Both the position numbers and the translations under genes were made by a program. A DNA stretch of 64,000 bases from Antedon mediterranea (lineage: Eukaryota > Animalia > Echinodermata): positions 21,190,795 to 21,254,794 of the forward strand of contig NC_092670.1 in the NCBI RefSeq assembly GCF_964355755.1, given 5' to 3'. The notes below the pieces were generated by a model. That model worked only from the letters and a program-made list of their open reading frames with translations. It was not told where the DNA came from and made no database searches. Shown one piece after another: positions 1 through 14,081 of the stretch; position 1 is the first letter of the stretch; each line of letters starts with the position of its first letter.

Positions 1-3000
1 TATTATAGTGAAATTTGATACTGTATTTGTGAGAAAATGGCGGATTGCTCCTGGGAGTCACTTGGTGGGATTATACTAGGGTACCTCCTTAGTGGTCCAG
101 TATAAGTTAGAGTAGGACCACTGGTCCTGTTTACTCAGCCCTCCTCTTTTAAATCTGAGTGTAACTCAATTACGATTTTTAATATTATAGAGAAATTTGA
201 TACTGTATTTGTGAGAAAATGGCGGATTGCTCCTGGGAGTCACTTGGTGGGATTATACTTGGGTACCTCCTTAGTCGTCCAGTATAAGTTAGAGTAAGAC
301 CGCTGGTCCTGTTTACTCAGCCCTCATCTTTTAAATCTGAGTGTAACTCAATTACGATTTTTAATATTATAGAGAAATTTGATACTGTATTTGTGAGAAA
401 ATGGCGGATTGCTCCTGGGAGTCACTTGGTGGGATTATACTTGGGTACCTCCTTAGTCGTCCAGTATAAGTTAGAGTAGGACCGCTGGTCCTGTTTACTC
501 AGCCCTCATCTTTTAAATCTGAGTGTAACTCAATTACGATTTTTAATATTATAGTGAAATTTGATACTGTATTTGTGAGAAAATGGCGGATTTCTCCAGG
601 GAGTCATTTGGTGGGATTATACTAGGGTACCTCCTTAGTCGTCCAGTATAAGTTAGAGTAGGACCACTGGTCCTGTTTACTCAGCCCTCATCTTTTAATT
701 CTGAGTGTAACTCAATTACGATTTTTAATATTATAGAGAAATTTGATACTGTATTTGTGAGAAAATGGCGGATTGCTCCTGGGAGTCACTTGGTGGGATT
801 ATACTTGGGTACCTCCTTAGTCGTCCAGTATAAGTTAGAGTAAGACCGCTGGTCCTGTTTACTCAGCCCTCATCTTTTAAATCTGAGTGTAACTCAATTA
901 CGATTTTTAATATTATAGAGAAATTTGATACTGTATTTGTGAGAAAATGGCGGATTGCTCCTGGGAGTCACTTGGTGGGATTATACTTGGGTACCTCCTT
1001 AGTCGTCCAGTATAAGTTAGAGTAGGACCGCTGGTCCTGTTTACTCAGCCCTCATCTTTTAAATCTGAGTGTAACTCAATTACGATTTTTAATATTATAG
1101 TGAAATTTGATACTGTATTTGTGAGAAAATGGCGGATTTCTCCAGGGAGTCATTTGGTGGGATTATACTAGGGTACCTCCTTAGTCGTCCAGTATAAGTT
1201 AGAGTAGGACCGCTGGTCTTGTTTACTCAGCCCTCATCTTTTAATTCTGAGTGTAACTCAATTACGATTTTTAATATTATAGTGAAATTTGATACTGTAT
1301 TTGTGAGAAAATGGCGGATTGCTCCTGGGAGTCACTTGGTGGGATTATACTAGGGTACCTCCTTAGTCGTCCAGTATAAGTTAAAGTAGGACCGCTGGTC
1401 CCGTTTACTCAGCCCTCATCTTTTAAATCTGAGTGTAACTCAATTACGATTTTTAATATTATAGTGAAATTTGATACTGTATTTGTGAGAAAATGGCGGA
1501 TTACTCCTGGGTGTCACTTGGTGGGATTATACTAGGGTACCTCTTTAGTCGTCCAGTAAAAGTTAGAGTAGGACCACTGGTCCTGTTTACTCAGCCCTCA
1601 TCTTTTAAATGTGAGTGTAACTCAATTACGATTTTTAATATTATAGTGAAATTTGATACTGTATTTGTGAGAAAATGGCGGATTGCTCCTGGGAGTCACT
1701 TGGTGGGATTATACTTGGGTACCTCCTTAGTCCTCCAGTATAAGTTAGAGTAGGACCGCTGGCCCTGTTGACTCAGCCCTCATCTTTTAAATCTGAGTGT
1801 AACTCAATTATGATCTATAATATTATAGTGAAATTTGATACTGTATTTGTGAGAAAATGGCGGATTGCTCCTCGGAGTCACTTGGTGGGATTATACTAGG
1901 GTACCTCCTTAGTCGTCCAGTATAAGTTAGGGTGGGACCACTGGTCCCGTTGACTCAGCCCTCATCTTTTAAATCTGAGTGTAACTCAATTAAGATCTTT
2001 AATATTATAGTGAAATTTGATACTGTATTTGTGAGAAAATGGCGGAATGCTCATGGGAGTCACTTGGTGGGATTATACTAGGGGACCTCCTTAATCGTCC
2101 AGTATAAGTTAGAGTAGGACCGCTGGTCCCGTTTGCTCAGCCCTCATCTTTTAAATCTGAGTGTAACTCAATTACAATTTTTTATATAGTGAAATTTGAT
2201 ACTGTATTTGTGAAAAAATGGCGGATTGCTCCTGGGAGTCACTTGGTGGGATTATACTAGGGTACCTCCTTAGTCGTCCAGTATAAGTTAGAGTAGGACC
2301 GCTGGTCCTGTTTACTCAGCCCTCATCTTTTAAATCTGAGTGTAACTCAATTACGATCTTTAATATTATAGTGAAATTTGATACTGTATTTGTGAGAAAA
2401 TGGCGGATTGCTCCTAGGAGTCACTTGGTGGGATTATACTAGGGTACCTCCTTAATCGTCCAGTATAAGTTAGAGTAGGACCGCTGGTCCCGTTTACTCA
2501 GCCCTAATCTTTTAAATCTGAGTGTAACTCAATTACGATTTTTTATATAGTGAAATTTGATACTGTATTTGTGAGAAAATGGCGGTTTGCTCCTGGGAGT
2601 CACTTGGTGGGATTATACTAGGGTACCTCCTTAGTCGTCCAGTATAAGTTAGAGTAGGACCGCTGGTCTTGTTTACTCAGCCCTCATCTTTTAATTCTGA
2701 GTGTAACTCAATTACGATTTTTAATATTATAGTGAAATTTGATACTGTATTTGTGAGAAAATGGCGGATTGCTCCTGGGAGTCACTTGGTGGGATTATAC
2801 TAGGGTACCTACTTAGTCGTCCAGTATAAGTTAGGGTGGGACCACTGGTCCCGTTTACTCAGCCCTCATCTTTTAAATCTGAGTGTAACTCAATTCCGAT
2901 TTTTAATAATTATAATGAAATTTGATACTGTATTGGTGAGAAAATGGCGGATTGCTCCTGGGAGTCACTTGGTGGGATTATACTAGGGTACCTCCTCTGT

Positions 3001-5457
3001 CGTCCAGTATAAGTTAGAGTAGGACCGCTGGTCCTGTTTACTCAGCCCTCATCTTTTAAATCTATCTGAGTGTAACTCAATTACGATTTTTAATATTATA
3101 GTGAAATTTGATACTGTATTTGTGAGAAAATGGCGGATTGCTCCTGGGAGTCACTTGGTTGGATTATACTAGGGTACCTCCTTAGTGGTTCAGTATAAGT
3201 TAGAGTAGGACCGCTGGCCCTGTTTACTCAGCCCTCATCTTTTAAATCTGAGTGTAACTCAAATACGATCTTTAATATTATAGTGAAATTTGATACTGTA
3301 TTTGTGAGAAAATGGCGGATTGCTCCTAGGAGTCACTTGGTGGGATTATACTAGGGGACCTCCTTAATCGTCCAGTATAAGTTAGAGTAGGACCGCTGGC
3401 CCTGTTGACTCAGCCCTCATCTTTTAAATCTGAGTGTAACTCAATTACGATCTTTAATATTATAGTGAAATTTGATACTGTATTTGTGAGAAAATGGCGG
3501 ATTGCTCCTGGGAGTCACTTGGTGGGATTATACTAGGGGACTTCCTTAATCGTCCAGTAGAAGTTAGAGTAGGACCGCTGGTCCCGTTTACTCAGCCCTC
3601 GTCTTTTAAATTTGAGTGTAACTCAATTACAATTTTTTATATAGTGAAATTTGATACTGTATTTGTGAGAAAATAGCGGATTGCTCATGGGAATCACTTG
3701 GTGGGATTATTATACTAGGGTACCTCCTTAGTCGTCCAGTATAAGTTAGAGTAGGACTGCTGGTCTTGTTTACTCAGCCCTCATCTTTTAAATCTGAGTG
3801 TAACTCAATTACGATTTTTAATATTATAGTGAAATTTGATACTGTATTTGTGAGAAAATGGCGGATTGCTCCTGGGAGTCACTTGGTGGAATTATACTAG
3901 GGTACCTCTTTAGTCGTCCAGTAAAAGTTAGAGTAGGACCACTGGTTCTGTTTACTCAGCCCTCATCTTTTAAATCTGAGTGTAACTCAATTACGATTTT
4001 TAATATTATAGTGAAATTTGATACTGTATTTGTGAGAAAATGGCGGATTGCTCCTGGGAGTCACTTTGTGGGATTATACTTGGGTACCATCTTAGTCGTC
4101 CAGTATAAGTTAGAGTAGGACCGCTGGCCCTGTTGACTCAGCCCTCATCTTTTAAATCTGAGTGTAACTCAATTACGATCTTTAATATTATAGTGAAATT
4201 TGATACTGTATTTGTGAGAAAATGGCGGATTGCTCCTGGGAGTCACTTGGTGGGATTATACTAGGGTACCTCTTTAGTCGTCCAGTAAAAGTTAGAGTAG
4301 GACCACTGGTCCTGTTTACTCAGCCCTCATCTTTTAAATCTGAGTGTAACTCAATTACAATTTTTTATATAGTGAAATTTGATACTGTATTTGTGAGAAA
4401 ATGGCGGATTGCTCCTGGAAGTCACTCGGTGGGATTATACTAGGGTACCTCCTTAGTTGTCCTGTATAAGTTAGAGTAGGACCACTGGTCCTGTTTACTC
4501 AGCCCTCATCTTTTAAATCTGAGTGTAACTCAATTACGATTTTTAATATTATAGTGAAATTTGGTACTGTATTTGTGAGAAAACGGCGGATTGCTCCTGG
4601 AAGTCACTCGGTGGGATTATACTAGGGTACCTCCTCAGTTGTCCTGTATAAGTTAGAGTAGGGCCGCTGGTCTTGTTTACTCAGCCCTCATCTTTTAAAT
4701 CTGAGTGTAACTCAATTACGATTTTTAATATTATAGTGAAATTTGATACTGTATTTGTGAGAAAATGGCGGATTGCTCCTGGGAGTCAACTGGTGGGATT
4801 ATACTAGGGTACGTCCTTAGTCGTCCAGTATAAGTTAGGGTGGGACCGCTGGCCCTGTTTACTCACCCCTCACCTTTTAAATCTGAGTGTAACTCAATTA
4901 CGGTCTTTAATATTATAGTGAAATTTGATACTATATTTGTGCGAAAATGGCGGATTGCTCCTAGGAGTCACTTGGTGGGATTATACTAGGGGACCTCCTT
5001 AATCGTCCAGTATAAGTTAGAGTAGGACCGCTGGTCCCGTTTACTCAGCCCTCATCTTTTAAATCTGAGTGTAACTCAATTACAATTTTTTATATAGTGA
5101 AATTTGATACTGTATTTGTGAGAAAATAGCGGATTGCTCCTGGGAGTCACTTGGTGGGATTATACTAGGGTACCTCCTTAGTCGTCCAGTATAAGTTAGA
5201 GTAGGACCACTGGTCCTGTTTACTCAGCCCTCATCTTTTAAATCTATCTGAGTGTAACTCAATTACGATTTTTAATATTATAGTGAAATTTGATACTGTA
5301 TTTGTGAGGAAATGGCGGATTGCTCCTGGGAGTCACTTGGTGGGATTATACTTGGGTACCTCCTTAGTCGTCCAGTATAAGTTAGAGTAGGACCGCTGGT
5401 CCTGTTTACTCAGCCCTCATCTTTTAAATCTGAGTGTAACTCAATTACGATTTTTAA
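1..5457 (+). repeat. 182-bp satellite array, forward arm (~30 units; runs off the window start)
   Basis: Unit tattatagtgaaatttgatactgtatttgtgagaaaatggcggattgctcctgggagtcac...aattacgatttttaa recurs every 182 bp (1, 183, 365, 547...). Some units are 179-bp variants and there are scattered SNVs. Confidence 0.98.
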
Positions 5458-5475
5458 ATATATAGAAATCCCCCG

Positions 5476-8400
5476 TTTTCTCACAAATACAGTACCAAAT
5501 TTCACTATAATATTTAAAATCGTAATTGAGTTACACTCAGATTTAAAAGATGAGGGCTGAGTAAACAGGACCAGCGGGCCTACTCTAACTTATACTGGAC
5601 GACTAAGGAGGTACCCTAGTATAATCCCACCAAGTGACTTCCAGGAGCAATCCGCCATTTTCTCACAAATACAGTATCAAATTTCACTATATAAAAAATT
5701 GTAATTGAGTTACACTCAGATTTAAAAGATGAGGGCTGAGTAAACGGGACCAGCGGTCCTACTCTAACTTATACTGGACGATTAAGCAGGTCCCCTAGTA
5801 TAATCCCACCAAGTGACTCCCAGGAGCAATCCGCCATTTTCTCACAAATACAGTATCAAATTTCACTATAATATTAAAGATCGTAATTGAGTTACACTCA
5901 GATTTAAAAGATGAGGGCTGAGTCAACAGGGCCAGCGGTCCTACTCTAACTTATACTGGACGACTCAGGAGGTACCCAAGTATAATCCCACCAAGTGACT
6001 CCCAGGAGCAATCCGCCATTTTCTCACAAATACAGTATCAAATTTCACTGTAATATTAAAGATCGTAATTGAGTTACACTCAGATTTAAAAGATGAGGGC
6101 TGAGTCAACAGGGCCAGCGGTCATACTCTAACTTATACTGGACGACTCAGGAGGTACCCAAGTATAATCCCACCAAGTGATTCCCAGGAGCAATCCGCCA
6201 TTTTCTCACAAATACAGTATCAAATTTCACTATAAAATTAAAAATCGTAATTGAATTACACTCAGATTTAAAAGATGAGGGCTGAGTAAACAGGACCAGT
6301 GGTCCTACTCTAACTTATACTGGACGACTAAGGAGGTACCCTAGTATAATCCCACCAAGTGACTCCCAGGAGCAATCCGCCATTTTCTCACAAATACAGT
6401 ATCAAATTTCACTATAACATTAAAAATCGGAATTGAGTTACACTCAGATTTAAAAGATGAGGGCTGAGTAAACGGGACCAGTGGTCCCACCCTAACTTAT
6501 ACTGAACGACTAAGGAGGTACCCTAGTATAGTCCCACCATGTGACTCCCAGGAGCAATCCGCCATTTTCTCACAAATACAGTATCAAATTTCACTATAAT
6601 ATTAAAAATCGTAATTGAGTTACACTCAGATTTAAAAGATGAGGGCTGAGTAAACGGGACCAGCGGTCCTACTATAACTTATAATGGACGATTAAGGCGT
6701 TACCCTAGTATAATCCAACAAAGTGACTCCTAGGAGCAATCCGCCATTTTCTCACAAATACAGTATCAAATTTCACTATAATATTAAAGATCGTAATTGA
6801 GTTACACTCAGATTTAAAAGATGAGGGCTGAGTAAACAGGACCAGTTGTCCTACTCTAACTTATACTGGACGACTAAGGAGGTACCCTAGTACAATCCCA
6901 CCAAGTGACTCCCAGGAGCAATCCGCCATTTTCTCACAAATACAATATCAAATTTCACTATAATATTAAAGATCGTAATTGAGTTACACTCAGATTTAAA
7001 AGATGAGGGCTGAGTCAACATTGCCAGCGGTCCTACTCTAACTTATACTGGACGACTAAAGGGGTACCCAAGTATAATCCCACCAAGTGACTCCCAGGAG
7101 CAATCCGCCATTTTCTCACAAATACAGTATCAAATTTCACTATAATAATAAAAATCGTAATTGAGTTACACTCAGATTTAAAAGATGAGGGCTGAGTAAA
7201 CAAGACCAGTGGTCCTACTCTAACTTATACTGAACGACTAAGGAGGTGCCCTAGTATAATCCCACCAAGTGACTCCCAGGAGCAATCCGCCATTTTCTCA
7301 CAAATACAGTATCAAATTTCACTATATAAGAAATCGTAATTGAGTTACACTCAGATTTAAAAGATGAGGGCTGAGTAAACAGGGCCAGCGGTCCTACTCT
7401 AACTTATACTGGACGACTCAGGAGGTACCCAAGTATAATCCCACCAAGTGACTCCCAGGAGCAATCCGCCATTTTCTCACAAATACAGTATCAAATTTCA
7501 CTGTAATATTAAAGATCGTAATTGAGTTACACTCAGATTTAAAAGATGAGGGCTGAGTCAACAGGGCCAGCGGTCATACTCTAACTTATACTGGACGACT
7601 CAGGAGGTACCCAAGTATAATCCCACCAAGTGATTCCCAGGAGCAATCCGCCATTTTCTCACAAATACAGTATCAAATTTCACTATAAAATTAAAAATCG
7701 TAATTGAATTACACTCAGATTTAAAAGATGAGGGCTGAGTAAACAGGACCAGTGGTCCTACTCTAACTTATACTGGACGACTAAGGAGGTACCCTAGTAT
7801 AATCCCACCAAGTGACTCCCAGGAGCAATCCGCCATTTTCTCACAAATACAGTATCAAATTTCACTATAACATTAAAAATCGGAATTGAGTTACACTCAG
7901 ATTTAAAAGATGAGGGCTGAGTAAACGGGACCAGTGGTCCCACCCTAACTTATACTGAACGACTAAGGAGGTACCCTAGTATAGTCCCACCATGTGACTC
8001 CCAGGAGCAATCGGCCATTTTCTCACAAATACAGTATCAAATTTCACTATAATATTAAAAATCGTAATTGAGTTACACTCAGATTTAAAAGATGAGGGCT
8101 GAGTAAACGGGACCAGCGGTCCTACTATAACTTATAATGGACGATTAAGGCGTTACCCTAGTATAATCCAACAAAGTGACTCCTAGGAGCAATCCGCCAT
8201 TTTCTCACAAATACAGTATCAAATTTCACTATAATATTAAAGATCGTAATTGAGTTACACTCAGATTTAAAAGATGAGGGCTGAGTAAACAGGACCAGTT
8301 GTCCTACTCTAACTTATACTGGACGACTAAGGAGGTACCCTAGTACAATCCCACCAAGTGACTCCCAGGAGCAATCCGCCATTTTCTCACAAATACAATA

Positions 8401-11400
8401 TCAAATTTCACTATAATATTAAAGATCGTAATTGAGTTACACTCAGATTTAAAAGATGAGGGCTGAGTCAACATTGCCAGCGGTCCTACTCTAACTTATA
8501 CTGGACGACTAAGGGGGTACCCAAGTATAATCCCACCAAGTGACTCCCAGGAGCAATCCGCCATTTTCTCACAAATACAGTATCAAATTTCACTATAATA
8601 ATAAAAATCGTAATTGAGTTACACTCAGATTTAAAAGATGAGGGCTGAGTAAACAAGACCAGTGGTCCTACTCTAACTTATACTGGACGACTAAGGAGGT
8701 GCCCTAGTATAATCCCACCAAGTGACTCCCAGGAGCAATCCGCCATTTTCTCACAAATACAGTATCAAATTTCACTATATAAGAAATCGTAATTGAGTTA
8801 CACTCAGATTTAAAAGATGAGGGCTGAGTAAACGGGACCAGCGGTCCTACTATAACTTATAATGGACGATTAAGGCGTTACCCTGGTATAATCCAACCAA
8901 GTGACTCCTAGGAGCAATCCGCCATTTTCTCACAAATACAGTATCAAATTTCACTATAATATTAAAGATCGTAATTGAGTTACACTCAGATTTAAAAGAT
9001 GAGGGCTGAGTAAACAGGACCAGTGGTCCTACTCTAACTTATACTGGACGACTAAGGAGGTACCCTAGTACAATCCCACCAAGTGACTCCCAGGAGCAAT
9101 CCGCCATTTTCTCACAAATACAATATCAAATTTCACTATAATATTAAAGATCGTAATTGAGTTACACTCAGATTTAAAAGATGAGGGCTGAGTCAAAAAG
9201 GCCAGCGGTCCTACTCTAACTTATACTGGACGACTAAGGGGGTACCCTAGTATAATCCAACCAAGTGACTCCCAGGAGCAATCCGTCATTTTCTCACAAA
9301 TACAGTATCAAATTTCACTATAATATTAAAAATCGTAATTGAGTTACACTCAGATTTAAAAGATGAGGGCTGAGTAAACAAGACCAGTGGTCCTACTCTA
9401 ACTTATACTGGACGACTAAGGAGGTGCCCTAGTATAATCCCACCAAGTGACTCCCAGGAGCAATCCGCCATTTTCTCACAAATACAGTATCAAATTTCAC
9501 TATATAAGAAATCGTAATTGAGTTACACTCAGGTTTAAAAGATGAGGGCTGAGTAAACGGGACCAGCGGTCCTACTCTAACTTATACTTGACGATTAAGG
9601 AGGTCCCCTAGTATAATCCCACCAAGTGACTCCTAGGAGCAATCCGCAATTTTCTCACAAATACAGTATCAAATTTCACTATAATATTAAAGATCGTAAT
9701 TGAGTTACACTCAGATTTAAAAGATGAGGGCTGAGTAAACAGGACCAGCGGTCCTACCCTAACTTATACTGGACGACTAAGGAGGTACCCTAGTATAATC
9801 CCACCAAGTGACTCCCAGGAGCAATCCGCCATTTTCTCACAAATACAGTATCAAATTTCACTATAATATTAAAAATCGGAATTGAGTTACACTCAGATTT
9901 AAAAGATGAGGGCTGAGTAAACGGGACCAGTGGTCCCACCCTAACTTATACTGGACGACTAAGGAGTTACCCTAGTATAATCCCACGAAGTGACTCCCGG
10001 GAGCAATCCGCCATTTTCTCACAAATACAGTATCAAATTTCACTATATAAAAAATCGTAATTGAGTTACACTCAGATTTAAAAGATGAGGGCTGAGTAAA
10101 CGGGACCAGCGGTCCTACTCTAACTTATACTGGACGATTAAGGAGGTCCCTTAGTATAATCCCACCAAGTGACTCCCAGGACAAATCCGCCATTTTTTCA
10201 CAAATACAGTATCAAATTTCACTATAATAAAATTAAAGATCGTAATTGAGTTACACTCAGATTTAAAAGATGAGGGCTGAGTAAACAGGACCAGTGGTCC
10301 TACTCTAACTTATACTGAATGACTAAGGAGGTACCCTAGTATAATCCCACCAAGTGACTCCCAGGAGCAATCCGCCATTTTCTCACAAATACAGTATCAA
10401 ATTTCACTATAATATTAAAAATCGTAATTGAGTTACACTCAGATTTAAAAGATGAGGGCTGAGTAAACGGGACCAGTGGTCCCACCCTAACTTATACTGG
10501 ACGACTAAGGACGTACCCTAGTATAATCCCACCAAGTGACTCCCAGGAGCAATCCGCCATTTTCTCACAAATACAGTATCAAATTTCACTATAATATTAA
10601 AAATCGTAATTGAGTTACACTCAGATTTAAAAGATGAGGGCTGAGTAAACAAGACCAGCGGTCCTACTCTAACTTATACTGGACAACTAAGGAGGTACCC
10701 TAGTATAATCCCACCGAGTGACTTCCAGGAGCAATCCGCCATTTTCTCACAAATACAGTATCAAATTTTACTATAATATTAAAAATCGTAATTGAGTTAC
10801 ACTTAGAATTAAAAGATGAGGGCTGAGTAAACAAGACCAGCGGTCCTACTCTAACTTATACTGGACGACTAAGGAGGTACCCTAGTATAATCCCACCAAG
10901 TGACTCCCAGGAGCAATCCGCCATTTTCTCACAAATACAGTATCAAATTTCACTATATAAAAAATCGTAATTGAATTACACTCAGATTTAAAAGATGAGG
11001 GCTGAGTAAACGGGACCAGCGGTCCTACTCTAACTTATACTGGACGATTAAGGAGGTCCCCTAGTATAATCCCACCAAGTGACTCCTAGGAGCAATCCGC
11101 CATTTTCTCACAAATACAGTATCAAATTTCACTATAATATTAAAAATCGTAATTGAGTTACACTCAGATTTAAAAGATGAGGGCTGAGTAAACAGGACCA
11201 GCGGTCCTACTCTAACTTATACTGGACGACAAAGGAGGCACCCTAGTATAATCCCACCAAGTGACTCCCAGGAGCAATCCGCCATTTTCTCACAAATACA
11301 GTATCAAATTTCACTATAATATTAAAAATCGGAATTGAGTTACACTCAGATTTAAAAGATGAGGGCTGAGTAAACGGGACCAGTGGTCCCACCCTAACTT

Positions 11401-11480
11401 ATACTGGACGACTAAGTAGGTACCCTAATATAATTCCACCAAGTGACTCCCAGGAGCAATCCGCCATTTTCTCACAAATA
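5476..11480 (-). repeat. 182-bp satellite array, inverted arm (~33 units)
   Basis: Reverse complement of the same unit (ccgccattttctcacaaatacagtatcaaatttcactata...). It ends abruptly after ccgccattttctcacaaata at 11480. Confidence 0.98.
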
Positions 11481-11798
11481 TTGAATTTCTAATACTATAA
11501 AAACCTTAAATACTGAAAATGTGAAAAATACACAAACGGCGTTTCATAGTTATTGTCGGCTGGAAAAAATAAAAGTGGGCTGGCTTATTGTCGGCTGGCT
11601 TATTGTCGGCTAGCTTGACACAAGCCATTTTGACGACGTATTTACACGTCTATGATTTCAATGGAAACTAAAGAGGGGAGCAAACACAATTTACCAATCA
11701 TCACAAAAAAGTGAAATGACTATTTTCAGTCGGTAGGCCTAACTTCACATCGAAGATTCAGTGGTTTGAATATTGTTTATTTTATCCAACGCTCATCT

Positions 11799-12691
11799 AT
11801 GTTATTAATTAGGTAATATATGTGTACCTACGTTTCTTTGGAAACATAATATTTATCCGTACATAACCATCAAGCACAAACACACGTGCGTTTCTTCCGT
11901 ACAAATCAACATGACCGCGACGAGATGAAGCGGACACCACCCGGCCTAGCCGCCGCCCGCTTATACCTCAACTCAATATTAATTATTATACGGTAGAGAA
12001 CCTAGGCCTAAAATCCTACATGCACGTGGTACTTCTTTCCGATATAAATCAGTATGATATATTATTGTTATTTGTTTGTATAGAAGAATGGCTGGCTTTT
12101 AGCAATTGTTTTTGTCTTGTTATATAATGTATAAATATACCGTGATCATGCGCTCCTCCTCCTCCCGGCCCTGTCTGTGCATGATTTTCTGTCTGGATAA
12201 ATGATCCAGACATGTACAGCATACAGGACAACTGCTCAGTATATACTGTATGTAATAAATATAGTACTGTGGTACAATTTTTCTATTTCTCTAGGTTTAA
12301 AGCACTTCATCAAATTTGTAAGCATGGAAGATCCCTAACCAGACTAAGCACAAACTCTCTGGCAACATCTGCAAACAGTTACTGTAAAAATACACCAGAA
12401 GATGACGAGGATCCAAGTAGGCCGCTTGCTTATACAAAAACCAAGGCTTCAACAATGCGTGTTAGTGAATCATTTGGTGCCAAACACAAACGGCCATTGA
12501 AGAAGGTGTTGCCAATTTGTGTGTTGGGCATTGCTGCTTTGATTTGGATTTTTGTTCGTGAAGAGACTGAAATTGACAAAAAGTTATCTGGCGAATTTTA
12601 CGATCATTTTCCTCTGGTGCCTGGTTCAACAAATTCAAAGGAAGATGAAGAGGAGAAAACCCAAAAAGATACAAAAGCAGAACTTTCATGA
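11799..12691 (+). CDS. UQCC4: UQCC4 / C16orf91 (CCSMST1 family)-like small mitochondrial membrane protein, ~136 aa, 2 coding exons
   Basis: Main exon 12295-12691 follows acceptor tttctctag. It encodes PLAYTKTKAST..SFGAKHKRPLKKVLPI, a hydrophobic helix, then REETEID, resembling the CCSMST1 pattern. First exon is either 11799-11812 (MLLIR, AG|gtaata) or 11716-11732 (MTIFSR, CG|gtaggc); both are phase 2 and in frame. The N-terminus is basic and Ser/Thr-rich like a presequence. AATAAA at 12722 and 12771. Confidence 0.8.
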
Positions 12692-12963
12692 TACTGTACA
12701 TGCAGTACAGTATTATTTATTAATAAAATTTAACTATTACTACAGTACATTTTGTAGAAAGTAGAAAGGCAATAAAAACATTATTTAACAAAATGATTGT
12801 GGCATTTTTAAGCATTCATATACTGTACAATACAAATTTGATGAAAATTGCATCAATAATCAAATTTTACAGTACTGTACACTACAGATAGGACTAGACG
12901 AAGTGTATGTACACACATGTTTTGGGTGTCTAGAAAACTAAGATACAGATCTTATTGTGATGG

Positions 12964-14081
12964 TATGGAACGCCTCCTCTGCCTTCAGTTCACATTTATC
13001 ATGCAGTACACACCAATCGTCATGCAGTACACACCAATGGTCATGCAGTACACACCAATGGTCATGCAGTACACACCAATGGTCATGCAGTACACACCAA
13101 TCGTCGTTCACATTTATCATGCAGTACACACCAATGGTTATGCAGTACACACCAATCGTCATGCAGTACACACCAATGGTCATGCAGTACACACCAATCG
13201 TCATGCAGTACACACCAAACATCATGCAGTACACACCAATCGTCATGCAGTACACACCAAACATCATGCAGTACACACCAATGGTCATGCAGTACACACC
13301 AATTGTCATGCAGTACACACCAATCGTCATGCAGTACACACCAATCGTCATGCAGTGAAATATTGCGTAATTTATACCGCCACCTATCGACAAAATCGAA
13401 TATCACGTGACGTTTATTAGACGGCTGTAAAACTAGGCCATCGACTCTAAGATTTCTTTTATGTTTGACATACTGTACTTATTTTAACCGCTACACATCT
13501 CTGTGAATGCTCTGTTTTTTATATATACAATAATTTATTATGCGAGACACAGGCGCGGCTAGGAGGCCATTGCAATTATTGAATTCCATAAAAGAAGTTT
13601 AAATAGTCTTAGTTTTACAGCCGTCTAATAAACCTCACGTGATATTCGATTTTGTCGATAGGTGGCGGTATAAATTACGCAATATTTGACTGCATGACGA
13701 TTGGTGTGTACTGCATGACAATTGGTGTGTACTGCATAATGTTTGGTGTGTACTGCATGACGATTGGTGTGTACTGCATGACGATTGGTGTGTACTGCAT
13801 GATAAATGTGAACGACGATTGGTGTGTACTGCATGACAATTGGTGTGTACTGCATGACCATTGGTGTGTACTGCATGACGATTGGTGTGTACTACATGAC
13901 GATTGGTGTGTACTGCATGATGTTTGGTGTGTACTGCATGACGATTGGTGTGTACTGCATGACGATTGGTGTGTACTGCATGACCATTGGTGTGTACTGC
14001 ATGACGATTGGTGTGTACTGCATGACGATTGGTGTGTACTGCATGATAAATGTGAACTGAAGGCAGAGGAGGCGTTCCATA
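12964..14081. mobile_element. Foldback-type non-autonomous transposon with ~470-bp inverted arms built from a 21-bp tandem repeat
   Basis: Termini tatggaacgcctcc...ggaggcgttccata. Arms ~12964-13435 and ~13611-14081 contain (catgcagtacacaccaatcgt)n around a ~175-bp spacer. 6-bp direct repeat tgatgg at 12958-12963 and 14082-14087. Confidence 0.9.

Noticed and set aside
1493-4443. ORFs MADYSW/MADCSW in the ORF track
   Set aside because: They are satellite monomers where an SNV removed the usual TAA; no domain or gene structure.
1-11480. Hammerhead ribozyme or CRISPR-like array in the satellite
   Set aside because: Small hairpins exist (ggacc-nnn-ggtcc, ttatact..agtataa), but I found no CUGANGA core on either strand. 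There are no unique spacers and the DNA is eukaryotic.
12212-12294. ORF-track N-terminus MYSIQD... of the UQCC4-like protein
   Set aside because: It runs through a polypyrimidine tract and AG acceptor at 12294, so it is intronic.
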